From: Nitrosopumilus sp.
Lineage (GTDB): Archaea > Thermoproteota > Nitrososphaeria > Nitrososphaerales > Nitrosopumilaceae
Reading direction: 5' to 3'
Length of the DNA stretch: 64,000 bases
NCBI GenBank assembly: GCA_965249555.1
Contig: OZ252243.1
Coordinates: 1,536,001-1,600,000, forward strand
A program made the translations under genes and the position numbers. Below the pieces are notes generated by a model. The model was given only the letters and a program-made list of their open reading frames with translations, was not told the origin of the DNA and did no database searches. Shown piece by piece: positions 28,029-40,800 of this stretch; within the stretch, counting starts at the first letter, position 1, and each line of letters starts with the position of its first letter.

Positions 28029-28395
28029 ATCCATGTGAATTGTTTTTATACATTTCCCACTTTTTTGCATCCCAAGGCATAGCCTTCGCTATGGAATGCT
28101 TTCAAACAAAAGATGACGGACATGTATCCATACGAGGTCTGTTCCTCAATGCTATCTTCATCCCTTTGTCAGGATTATTCGCAGTTATTACCCGAGGCTT
28201 GTCCCTCAACATCTAACACGCGACTTGCAGTCCTAACTGTAATTCTGTACAAATTCTCTCCTCTCTTTTAGCATCCAGTAAATCACTCGCAGGATCTTTG
28301 ATGATGTGGCAACTGCGGCCTTTGATGAACCTCTCTTCTTTTTAATGCGATTGTAAAATTTTGTAATGTCACTGTTCTTGGCATGTATTGTATGA
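28029..28395 (-). mobile_element. IS110/IS1111 remnant copy B (type-2 C-terminus, ncRNA region, right end)
   Basis: KNSDITKFYNRIKKKRGSSKAAVA...QNYS* followed by the shared tail ending AATTCACATGG-AT. Confidence 0.88.
28050..28235 (-). ncRNA. Bridge/seek-RNA-like region, copy B
   Basis: Two internal-loop domains, each capped by a GAGG-N6-CCTC hairpin; ends approximate. Confidence 0.65.
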
Positions 28396-28776
28396 TTCCA
28401 TTCAACTGTTGTATGCAATTAAGATATTTTCAGGTTTGTGTTATTAATGATTTTGACATATTATACATATGGAACCACTATCAGTAATCATGAAACAGCG
28501 TGATGATACTTTTTGCTGGAACAATGTTTGCTTTAATTGTTCTACACTGTACATCAGGGAGATGAAGATACAACAGGGATTGTAATTTGTTTGATCTGTT
28601 AAAGTATGTGTTAGGGGCAGAATACCCAATCACCTAATTCAAAATGCCTCAAAGTAAAGATTCTGAACAGACACAAATTGTATAGTTTTGGTGATCTGTA
28701 TGCAGAAAAGTTCATGCATAAAACTCATAGACTCATACCTCCATATCACAATACAATGACTGAACTCTTTTCAAAG

Positions 28777-28784
28777 CTTTTATA
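28777..28784 (+). promoter_or_regulatory. TATA box of giant gene 1
   Basis: GCTTTTATAA about 25 nt upstream of ATG 28809; same motif and spacing as at giant gene 2. Confidence 0.6.
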
Positions 28785-28808
28785 AATTATAAATAATTCT
28801 GTTGCAAT

Positions 28809-28871
28809 ATGAACAAAGTATTATTCTCTGCGTTAATGGGTGGAGTGGGCTTGGCCTCATTTGTCATATAA
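28809..28871 (+). other. 20-codon leader ORF (MNKVLFSALMGGVGLASFVI*), out of frame with giant gene 1
   Basis: Read directly; conserved upstream of giant gene 2. Confidence 0.75.
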
Positions 28872-28878
28872 CTCACCC

Positions 28879-31800
28879 TTGCAGGCAATTATCAGGTACC
28901 CATTTCTCTGCCTCGTATTTGCGGCACTATTTGCCATATCACTGGTCCTTGGGAGTGCCGAGGCCACCCAAGTCACCATCACACCGCTAACTTATGTAGA
29001 TGGTCAGACGGCAATTGAGCCAGGCTCTTTTAACATTATAGTGGATGACAGCCTTCGTCTAACTACGACCTTTGTTCCGCGGCAAGCCGGTGATTGGAGG
29101 ATTACGTCTGATGGTTTTGATCCTCTTGATGGCAGTGTTACTCAATCTGAGGTAAATAATAATGCACGTTTAGGGGATTTTAACAGACAACTGAGTATTG
29201 GTTTTGAGGACGATATCGTTCTTTTCTTCAAACCCAGTGGGGCTAGTGAATTTGCAAAAGTTGCAAGTGGAAACGTGGGGATTGTTCCTGATCTACCTGT
29301 ACTCAGGGTGGTAGGTGTCACTCCGACGTCTATAACGCTTGAATGGGATGATGTGGATGGTGCCCGTGGATACCATTTATTCATAAATGCAGTCGCACAT
29401 ATTACCACTGATCCATCAATCACTTTTGATGAATTAGATCCTGGAACAGAGTACTCTATTGCTGCCATAACAACAACAATTGGTAGTAACGCTATTAGTG
29501 CCAGATCTGCTCCGTTGGATGTAACCACATTGGCTGTAACTCCCTTGTCTGCAACAATAACTTATGCAGATGACCAGACGGCACTTGCCGAAAACATTTT
29601 TGCCGTTATACTGCCTTCCCCGGGAAATGCGGTAAATGTGTGGATTTCACCGCTAGAGAAGGGCACACTTAGATTTGAATCTAGTAATATTGGGAAGAAT
29701 GTCCCGGTTGCTTCAGGTGTGGATCAGACTGTTGCAAGGCCGCTGCCTCATGGTGATGATAATATTGTCATTTCATCAAGCGGTACAGAAGTTGCAAGGA
29801 TATCTATAACGACTGAGCTGGATCCTGATGAACCAGTTTATGCAGAAGAGCAGACGGCAATCCGGGAAGGCTCTTTACGTTATGAGCCGGTTGTAGATGG
29901 TAGCAGCATAAGTGTGAACTTTGTGCCAACAGACGCCGGCAACTTTGTATTTAGATATGGTGACTCTACTTCCACCTCTATTATTAATAAGTTGGGTGCA
30001 GAAGTAACAGTCGGCCTCCCCGTAGGTCATGATTATGATGATGACGTTATCATTGAATTCGGCGGCGTAGAAGCTGTAAGGATGCATGTAACGACCCCGT
30101 CTGAAGACGGTGTATCAATCCAAGCAGGCTCGTTTGTGGTTGTTGATACGATAAATGCAGACGCATTACGCGTAGAATTTGTACCGTTAAAGGAAGGCAC
30201 ATTTACGGTTACGGCAGGTGATACAAGTGAGACAGTTGACGTCTCAGCTGGGGATGTATCGGAATCAACACCAAAAGGGACTGAAATAACAGTCGGGTAT
30301 GAATTTGATGATAATGTCATCCTTTCATTTGGAGGCAAGGATGCTGCAAGGATACATGTGACGACCGGACCCACACCACTCGTACCTTCAGCGCCATCGC
30401 TTAGAATTACAGGTACCACTCATGACACTGTAACGCTCTCATGGGATGCAGTACATCGTGCCGACACCTACACCCTGACCCGAACCCTTGGAAGCAACCC
30501 TGCTGTAACGGTGCTATCTGGAATCGCTGACCTGACTTTTACTGATAAGAACCTGGCTGCCGAAACCGATTACACGTATTCCCTTACGGCGATAAATTCT
30601 GTCGGGCCAAGCGAACCTTCCGAGGATACTGTAACCACTGATGCTGCCCCAACTCCACCCGATACCCCGACACTTGTAGCGGGAGTAACCACCCATAATA
30701 CCGTCAGCCTCTCATGGGACGAACCGACCGGGGCCGACAGCTACATACTGACCAGGACTGCCGGCACGGTGATAATTGAGATACCGGTAACTGGGGGAAC
30801 GCACACTGACGATGCTTTGAAATCTGGAGTACAATACACCTATTCCATAAGGGCAGTGTCTGCAATTGGAGCCAGTCCAGATTCTAATGATGTCATCGTA
30901 ACCACGATTCCAGTACCCATAACACCTACCACGCCAACTTACACGGACGGCCAGACTGCAATCGATGAATCCTTTGGCATTATCCTGCTTGGCGATGGCA
31001 CGGCAGGGGTATTCTTTGATGCCACCGATGACGGAAAATATCATGTCGGGTGGGGAGCAGAGACTAGTACCCCTATTACTTACGAGGATGGCTACAGTGC
31101 ATATGTCGTGATTCCTATTGGCGACTATGCCGGCGTTGTCATCTTGTTCTTTGACGATAACGAGGTTGCAAGGCAAGTGGTACCTGCCGTGATAAGCCCG
31201 ATCAAAGACGGTACCCTGTCAGTCACTGATGATGCAGACGGGATCATAACCGTATCACTTACGCCGGCATTTGCCGGCACGTTTTCTGTCAGCACCAATT
31301 CCCTAGAGTCTGAAAAAATTCCCGGCGTACCTGATACCCAGATAGATATTACCCTGGATGTCGGACATGGCTTTGCCGAGGATGTCCTTGTCTCATTCAA
31401 TAATATTATAGTTGCAGGGATATTTGTAACGACCGTCCCTGATGCCCCGGCGCTTGTTCTGGGGCCCGTCACCAGCACCAGCATCACCCTCTCATGGAAT
31501 TCGGTGGATAATGCCGATAGATACACCCTGACCAGAACCGCTGATGGCACTGATGTAATAATAGTATCAGGCAACGTATTGACTTTCACTGATGAGGGTC
31601 TTGCTGCCGGAACCAATTACGTGTATGCCATTACGGCGACAACTCCTGAGGGCAGAACAGGCGCTATATCTGCAGAGCTTGCAGTTGATATTGGCTCTGC
31701 TGCAGAATCCTTTGGCGTCATAGTGGACGGTGATGGTGCATCCGTATCCTTTACACCGCTAGTACCTGGCGATTTCACGATTGGATACGGCGATGATTCA

Positions 31801-34800
31801 GCCAATGATGTTACCATCTCTGTCGCGACTGGCAAGTTGTCTGCAAAACTAACCACGATAAAGGTCGGCTATAATTTTAACGGCCCGGTCACCCTCTCCC
31901 TTGATAATGATATTATTGGCAGGATATTGATAGTCACCGAGCCTCCTCCTACCACGCTTGATGCAACGGCAGTCACCGATACGAGCATCACCCTTGCATG
32001 GCCTCCACAGCCCGAGGTCCAGGAATACAGGCTGTACAGGAACGGCGCCCTCGTAGTTGCTACTGGCGAGCTGTCTTACACTGACACCGGACTGGATTCT
32101 AACACAGCTTACACTTATCACATCGAGTCACACAATGACGTCTCCACAACAAGTGACCGGTCTGCAGATTTGGATGTAACTACGCTTATAGAGCCACCCA
32201 GACTTGTGGCAGGGGAGATCACCACTACAAGCGTAGAGCTTACATGGGATGCAGTAGCCGGCGCCAATGATTATGTCCTGTACCGAGATGGAGTAAATAT
32301 AGCATTAGTTACTGGCACAACGCACAAGGTCACTGGACTGGCTGCCGGAACGGAATATTCCTTTACTGCCGAGTCGCGTCATCTTAATTTTTTGACAAGC
32401 CCGCTATCCTCACCGCTATCCGTAAGGACAGTCCCTGACACTCCGGCACTCCGTGTTACGGGTACTACTTTTGACACTATAACATTATCATGGAGCCCGG
32501 TAAATGGTGCCGCAAGCTATACTCTGACCCGGGTTGTCGAAGGTGATGATGTGACGGTGTTCTCAGGCGACGCACTGACTGCCACTGATGAGAACCTGAG
32601 CCCTGCAACATCCTACAATTATATAATTACGGCTACAACTTCTGGCGGGACAAGCGCTCCCTCTGCCGAGTTTGCTGCAAGTACTGCATCGGCAGTTCCT
32701 ATAATCACAACATCATCTCAAATTGTCAATACGCCATCAATCACGATTGCCGGTACAGCTGAATCTGGGAAAACAGTGGAACTATTCCAGGGAGAAACAT
32801 CAGCTGGTACGACAACTGCCGATGGAACAGGCGCCTTCTCATTTGAAGTTACGCTGGCTGATGGTGCCAACTCTTTCACTGCAACGGCATCTGATGGAAC
32901 CGATACGTCTGTACCATCATCACCTATAGTCATTACACTTGATACTGAAAAACCGTTAATCACGGTATTAGGTTCTGATGAAACAATAGAGCTGACTGCA
33001 GCCGACACTTACGCCGAACCTGGCGCCACCGTAGAAGATAATGACCCTGCTTACTCTGAGGACGTGACAGTTGCAGGCAATACCCCTGACACCAGCGTTA
33101 TAAGAGTATACACCGTAACGTATAATGCACCAGCTGATGCGGCAGGCAACGAGCCGGACCAACAGTCAATTACAATTACCGTATCTGACACCACCCCTCC
33201 GACCTTTGACGTTGATGGTCACACAACTAACTATGCAACTACAGTGCCGTTTGCAGGAACATACACCCAAGGTATAATTGCCAACGAATCTGACATTTCA
33301 GGAATTGCATCTGGCACAGTTGGCGGCAAATCAGTAAACGTTCATGTCTCAGCAGAGTATGCCGTAACTTACACTGTAACTGACAACAATGGACAGGCCG
33401 CAACAATCACTGAAACCGTTACGGTGGGGGATGATGAAGAAAAGCCAGTAATTACACCATTAGGATCCAGTGAGACAATCATAGTATCTGAAACCGACAC
33501 TTACACGGAACCTGACGCCACTGTAAAAGATAATGACCCTGCTTACTCTGAGGACGTGACAGTTGCAGGTGATACTCCTGACACCAGTGTTGTAGGGGAA
33601 TATACCGTATTGTATACTGCGCCAGCCGATGCGGCAGGCAACATACCCGATGAAAAATCAATTGTAATTTCCATAGTCGATCCCCCAACTTCCCCGCCTG
33701 CCACCATTCGAACACTCAGCGTTTCATCTACTACCCATGACAGCATCACCCTCTCATGGGATGCAGTGGCCACTGCCGCAAGTTACACCGTGACCCGAAT
33801 CGTTGATGGCGGTCCTGATGTAGAGGTGGCATCTGAAATCACTGAACTGACTGCCACTGATGAGAACCTAGCTGCCGATACAACGTACAAGTATACCATC
33901 AAGGCGATAAATTCTGCCGGGGCAAGTACCTCTCTGGAGTTCTCTCTAAATACTGCTGCGATACCAGCCGCACCTGCGGCACCCGTACTTTCTGTAACCT
34001 CTACCACTGATACAACCGTATCATTCTCATGGGGTGCAGTGGAGGGTGCCGACAGCTACACCCTGACCCGGGTCGTTGCAGACGGTTCTGACGTGCCGGT
34101 GCCGACAACCCCTGAACTTACTGCCACTGATGAGAACCTGGCCCCCGAAACATCTTACAATTATATAATTACGGCGACAAATGCCGGCGGGACAACCCCT
34201 TCTGCCACGTTTGAGGCAACCACGTCTGCTCCACCTGCGCCTGCCACTCCCGTATTCAGCACTGTTGTATCTGCCACTCATAACAGCATAAATCTCTCAT
34301 GGAGTGCAGTGGCCGGTGCCGACAGCTACACGCTGACCAGGGTCGCTGAGAGCGGCAACAATGTCAGGGTGTTCTCAGGTGACGCACTGACTTTTACCAA
34401 TGCCGGACTGGATCCTGATACAGCTTACAATTATATCATTATGGCAACAAACTCTGCAGGTACAAGTGAACCATCTGACCAGTTTACTGCAACTACATCT
34501 ACTGCGCCTCCAACCCTTGTTATACATGATACCCCCACACTTGTTGCCGGAATAATCACCTATAATACCGTCAACCTCTCATGGGACGAACCGGCCGGGG
34601 CCGACAGCTACATCCTGACCAGGACTGCCGGCACAGACACGACAGAGATACCGGTCATCGGGGGAACGCACGCAGATGATACCTTGGAACCTACAACACA
34701 ATACACCTATTCCGTAAAGGCAGTGTCTGCATCTGGAGACAGTGCCGATTCTAATGATGTCATCGCAACCACGATTCCGGTACCCATACTGCCTACCACG

Positions 34801-37800
34801 CCAACTTATGCAGTCGACCAGTCTGCAATCGTTGGAACCTCTTTTGAGATTATCAGAATTGATGATGATACCATAACAGTATCCTTTGATGCCATCAATG
34901 ACGGGGAATATTATGTCCAGTGGGGAGAATCAGAGACTAGCCCCACTACCATAACAGGTGGCAACAGTGCATCTGTCCAAATTCCTATTGACGACTATGC
35001 CGGCGTTGTCATCTTGTTCTTTGAGGATAACGAGGTTGCAAGGCAGCAGGTACCTGCCGTAACAAGCCCGATCAAAGACGGTACCCTGTCAGTCACTGAT
35101 GATGCAGACGGAATCATAACCGTATCACTTACACCGGCATTTGCCGGCACATTTTCTGTCGGCACCCATTCCCTGGATTCTGAAAAAATTCCCGGCGTAC
35201 CGGATACCACGATAGTGATTACCCTGGATGTCGGCCATGGCTTTGCCGAGGATGTCTTGGTTTCATTCAATAATATTATAGTTGCAAAGGTATTCGTAAC
35301 GACTGTCCCTGAGACCCCGGCGCTTGTCCTGGGAGCCGTCACCGGTACCAGCATTGCTCTTTCATGGGGTTCGGTGGATAATGCCGATAGCTACACCCTG
35401 ACCAGAACCGCTGATGGCACTGATGTAATAATAGTATCAGGCAACGTATTGACTTTCACTGATGAGGGTCTTGCTGCCGGAACCAATTACGTGTATGCCA
35501 TTACGGCGACAACGCCTGAGGGCAGAACAAGTGCCACTTCTGCAGATCTTGCAGTGACTATCGGCTCTGCTGCGCAATCCTTTGACGTCATAGCAGACGG
35601 TGATGATGCATCCATATCCTTTACACCGCTAGTACCTGGCGATTTCACGATTGGATACGGCGATGATTCATCTAATGATATTACTGTCACCATTGCATCT
35701 GATGAGGTGGACGAGCCATCAACCACTCCAGTAACAGTCGGCTATAATTTTAACGGCCCGGTCACTCTCTCCCTTGATAATGATATTATTGGCAGGGTAT
35801 TGCTAGTCACCGAGCCTCCTCCTACCGCGCTTGATGCAACGGCAGTCACCGATACGAGCATCATCCTTGCATGGCCTTCGCAGCCCGAGGTCCAGGAATA
35901 CAGGCTGTACAGGAACGGCGCCCTCGTAGTTGCTACCGGCGAGCTGTCCTACACTGACACCGGACTGGCTGCTGAAACGGTTTACATTTATCACATCGAG
36001 TCACACAATGACATCTCCACGACAAGTGACCAGTCTGCCAATCTGATCGCATCCACGGGTTCGGCTGCAGCACCTGGCACGCCAGCTGAGATACCTGCAA
36101 TAGAATCAGGCTCTTTTGGTGTTACGGCCGGCGTTGATGATGCGACTGCATCATTTGTACCATTAAGGTCCGGCGATTTCATAATCGGATATGGCACTGA
36201 TCAGAGCGTTACTGTCACCATTGCAGGTGACGCATTAGGCAAGGCATCAACCACCACGGTACCGGTCGGGGATGGTTATGATGGCCCGGTCACCCTGACA
36301 TTTGACGGTGAGCAAGTCGGCACGGTACCTGTAAGGGCCGGAATCACAAATGATACAGAAAAACCGGTAATCACACCAACAGGATCTACTCAAACAATAG
36401 AGCTGACTGCAGCCGACACTTACACCGAACCTGGCGCCACCGTAAAAGATAATGACCCTGCCTACTCTGAGAAAGTGACAGTTGCAGGCGATACCCCTGA
36501 CACCAGCGTTATAGGGGAATACACCGTATTGTATAATGCGCCAGCTGATGCGGCAGGCAACGAACCGGACCAACAGTCAATTGCAATTACCGTATCTGAT
36601 ACCACTCCGCCAGCCTTTGACGTTGATGGTCACACAACTGACTATGCAACTACAGTGCCGTTTGCAGGAACATACACCCAAGGTATAATTGCCAACGAAT
36701 CTGACATTTCAGGAATTGCATCCAGTGTTGTAGGTGGTAACTCGGTAGATGTTAATGTCCCAGGACAATACGCCGTAACTTATACTGTAACTGACGGCAA
36801 TGAACAAGTCGCAACAATCACTGAGACTGTCACGGTAGAACCTGATGCAGAAAAGCCAGTTATCACACCTATGGGATCTACCCGGACAATAGAACTGACT
36901 GCAACCAACACTTACGCGGAACTTGGTGCCACCGTAACTGACAATGACCGAGATTACTCTGGAACAGTAACAGTTACAGGTGATAAGCCTAACACCGGTG
37001 CTGTAGGAGTATACATCGTAACATACACTGCGCCAGCCGATGCGGCAGGCAACGAACCGGATCCACAATCAATTGTAATTTCTGTGGTTGATACCCCGGT
37101 ACCAACTGGAATAACTTACACGGAAGGCCAGACGGCAATCGAGGAAGGCTCTCTTGGTTATACGCTAAATGATCCGGGAAATACGATATCCGTGGACTTT
37201 AAGCCACTAAAGGCAGGCACGTACAAGTTTCAATATGGCGTCTCCTTTTCTAATGTCCAAGTTTCGGAAGCTGAGATAGGTGAAAATAAACGCCTTCTAA
37301 TCCACGGCATAGGTTATAATTATAATGCCGATATTGTCATTTCACTTGGCAGTACCGAGGTTGCAAGTGTATCTGTAGCGACCGGGCCTGCACCTCCCGT
37401 ACTTTCTGTAGGGGCAGTCACTGACACAAGTATAGCATTTTCATGGGGTGCAGTGACTGGTGCTACACACTATAATGTGTATAGGGATGGCATTGTACAA
37501 GGAAGAGATATCGGAGTGACATCATTCGCGGATACTGGTCTGACTCCTGGAACAGAGTACGCATATCATGTCATAGCATTCAATGGTCTTGCGGCAAGTG
37601 CCAGTTCTAATGTTGAGTCTGTAACTACAACTGGAACTGCACCTGTTACAATACCTGACACTCCCACACTTAGTATTGTAGCTACTACTCATAACAGCAT
37701 AGAGCTCTCATGGACTGCAGTGGAGAATGCCGACAGTTACACTTTAACCAGAATTGTTGATGGCGATGATAATGTACCAGTGCCAACAACTGATGCATTG

Positions 37801-40800
37801 TCTGCCACTGATACTGGCTTGTCTGCTGCAACTGATTACAAGTATGTCATTACGGCAACAAATTCTGATGGGACAAGTGATCCTTCTGCAGAGTTTGATG
37901 CAAGGACTGGTGATTCTCCAACATACACCATCGACCATACTCTTCATATTGACGGAGATAAAGTAGTTATAACCTTCACATCGTCACACACCGATGATTT
38001 TACAATTGAATTTGATGGTGGTCGTACCATTGGCTTTAGAATTGATGATGCAGCCGTCCCATACATTCACACAGAAACAGTCGGGTATGATTATGATGGC
38101 AATGTTAGTATTTTCCTTGGCCTTGACGAAGTTGCAAAGTTACCTGTAACTACTGGGTCTGAACCAACTGTAACAGCTGTAAGAAATGCTGATAATTCCG
38201 TTACAGTATCCTGGAGTAATATAGAAACTAGTATCACCAATGAATATGTTCTTACTATTAGTGACGGTAGTAGTGATTCTGATACTTTCACTCCATCTGG
38301 AGCATCAAATCAACATACTATCAGTACTACTCGTACCATCGATCTAAACGATGCTAATGAAGTTTGTGTAAAGGGTGTTGGTGTAGATAATAAAATATGT
38401 GAACCTGTACCTGAAGCATTTGATATAACAGCACCAGTAATCACAGTAACAGGATCTGATACAACAATAGAGTTAACTGCAACTGACACCTACACTATAC
38501 CTGGCGCTACTGTAGCTGATAATGACCCAAATTACTCTGAAACAGTAGCAGTTACAGGTGATACACCTGACACCAGTAGTATAGGAGTCTACACCGTATT
38601 GTATGATGCGCCAAATGATGCGGCAGGTAACAAACCAGAACAAGAATCAATTACAATTACCGTAGTTGATACCACACCGCCAACCTTTGATGTCAATGGC
38701 AACACAGATGACTATTCCACTGCAGTACCATTTGGCGAAACATACACACCAGGTGCAATTGCCAATGCATTTGATATCTCAGGAATTGTATCTAGTGACG
38801 TTGGCGGTGACACAGTAAATGTCAACACTTCTAGAGACTATGTTGTAACTTATACTGTAACTGACAGCAATGGACGAACCACAACAATCACTGAAACTGT
38901 AACAGTAGGACCTGATGTTACAGCACCAGCAGTTCCTGAAATCACCACCTCACCTGCAACTGTCAATACACCATCATTCACGATTGATGGTACGGCTGAG
39001 GCCGGGACAACTGTAGCACTATTCAATGGAGGAACATCAGTTGATACCGTAATTGCTGATTCAGGTAGTTTCTCATTTACAGTTACACTGACTGAGGGTG
39101 AGAACTCATTCACTGTAACAGCGTCTGATGGACCAAACACATCTGACGCATCACCAGCTATAGTCATTACACTTGATACTATACCACCGGAAGCTCCTAT
39201 AATCACCACACCACCTGCAACTGTCAATACACCATCATTCACGATTGAAGGTACGGCTGAGGCCGGGACAACTGTAGCACTATTCAATGGAGTGACACCA
39301 GCTGGTACGACAACTGCCGATGGTTCAGGGAATTTCTCATTTACAGTTACACTGACTGATGGTGAGAACGCATTCACTGCAACAGCATCTGATGGACCAA
39401 ACACATCTGACGCATCACCAGCTATAGTCATTACACTTGATACCATACCACCGGAAGCTCCTGAAATTACCACCTCACCTGCAACTGTCAATACACCATC
39501 ATTCACGATTGAAGGTACGGCTGAAGCCGGGACAACTGTAGAACTGCTCAAGGGAGGAACATCAACTGGTGATACAGTAGCTGCTGATGGTGACGGGAAT
39601 TTCTCATTTACAGTTACACTGACTGATGGTGAGAACTCATTCACTGCAACGGCGTCTGATGGACCAAACACATCTGCTGCATCACCAGCTATAGTCATTA
39701 CACTTGATACCATACCACCGGAAGCTCCTGAAATTACCACCTCACCTGCAACTGTCAATACATCATCATTCACGATTGAAGGTACGGCTGAAGCCGGGAC
39801 AACTGTAGCACTGCTTAAGGGAGCAACATCAACTGGTGATACAGTAACTGCTGATTCGGGATCTTTCTCATTTACAGTTACACTGACTGATGGTGAGAAC
39901 TCATTCACTGCAACGGCGTCTGATGGACCAAACACATCTGCATCATCATCACCTGTACTCATTACGCTTGATACCACAGCACCAGCAGTTCCTGCAATTA
40001 CCACACCACCTGCAACTGTCAATACACCATCAATCACGATTGATGGTACGGCTGAAGCTGGGTCAACTGTGGAACTGTTCCGTGGAGTAACAACAGTTGA
40101 TACAGTAACTGCTGATTCGGGATCTTTCTCATTTACAGTTACACTGACTGATGGTGAGAACTCATTCACTGCAACGGCGTCTGATGGACCAAACACATCT
40201 GACGCATCATCACCTGTACTCATTACACTTGATACCATAGCACCAGCAGTTCCTGAAATTACCACCTCACCTGCAACTGTCAATACATCATCATTCACGA
40301 TTGATGGTACGGCTGAAGCTGGGTCAACTGTGGAACTGTTCCGTGGAGTAACATCTGTTGATACAGTAACTGCTGATTCGGGATCTTTCTCATTTACAGT
40401 TACACTGACTGATGGTGAGAACTCATTCACTGCAACGGCGTCTGATGGACCAAACACATCTGACGCATCATCACCTGTACTCATTACACTTGATACCATA
40501 CCACCGGAAGCTCCTGAAATTACCACCTCACCTGCAACTGTCAATACACCATCATTCACGATTGATGGTACGGCTGAGGCCGGGACAACTGTAGCACTGC
40601 TCAAGGGAGCAACATCAACTGGTGATACAGTAGCTGCTGATTCGGGATCTTTCTCATTTACAGTTACACTGACTGATGGTGAGAACTCATTCACTGCAAC
40701 GGCGTCTGATGGACCAAACACATCTGACGCATCATCACCTGTACTCATTACACTTGATACCATAGCACCAGCAGTTCCTGAAATTACCACCTCACCTGCA

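Noticed and set aside
28020-28030. Self-targeting of copies B and C (guides matching their own flanks)
   Set aside because: Flanks CGTATGT and AAGGGGT do not match the guides GTGTTAG and GTAATGA in either orientation.
28400-28760. Short ORFs upstream of giant gene 1
   Set aside because: No recognisable motifs; cannot be supported as genes.
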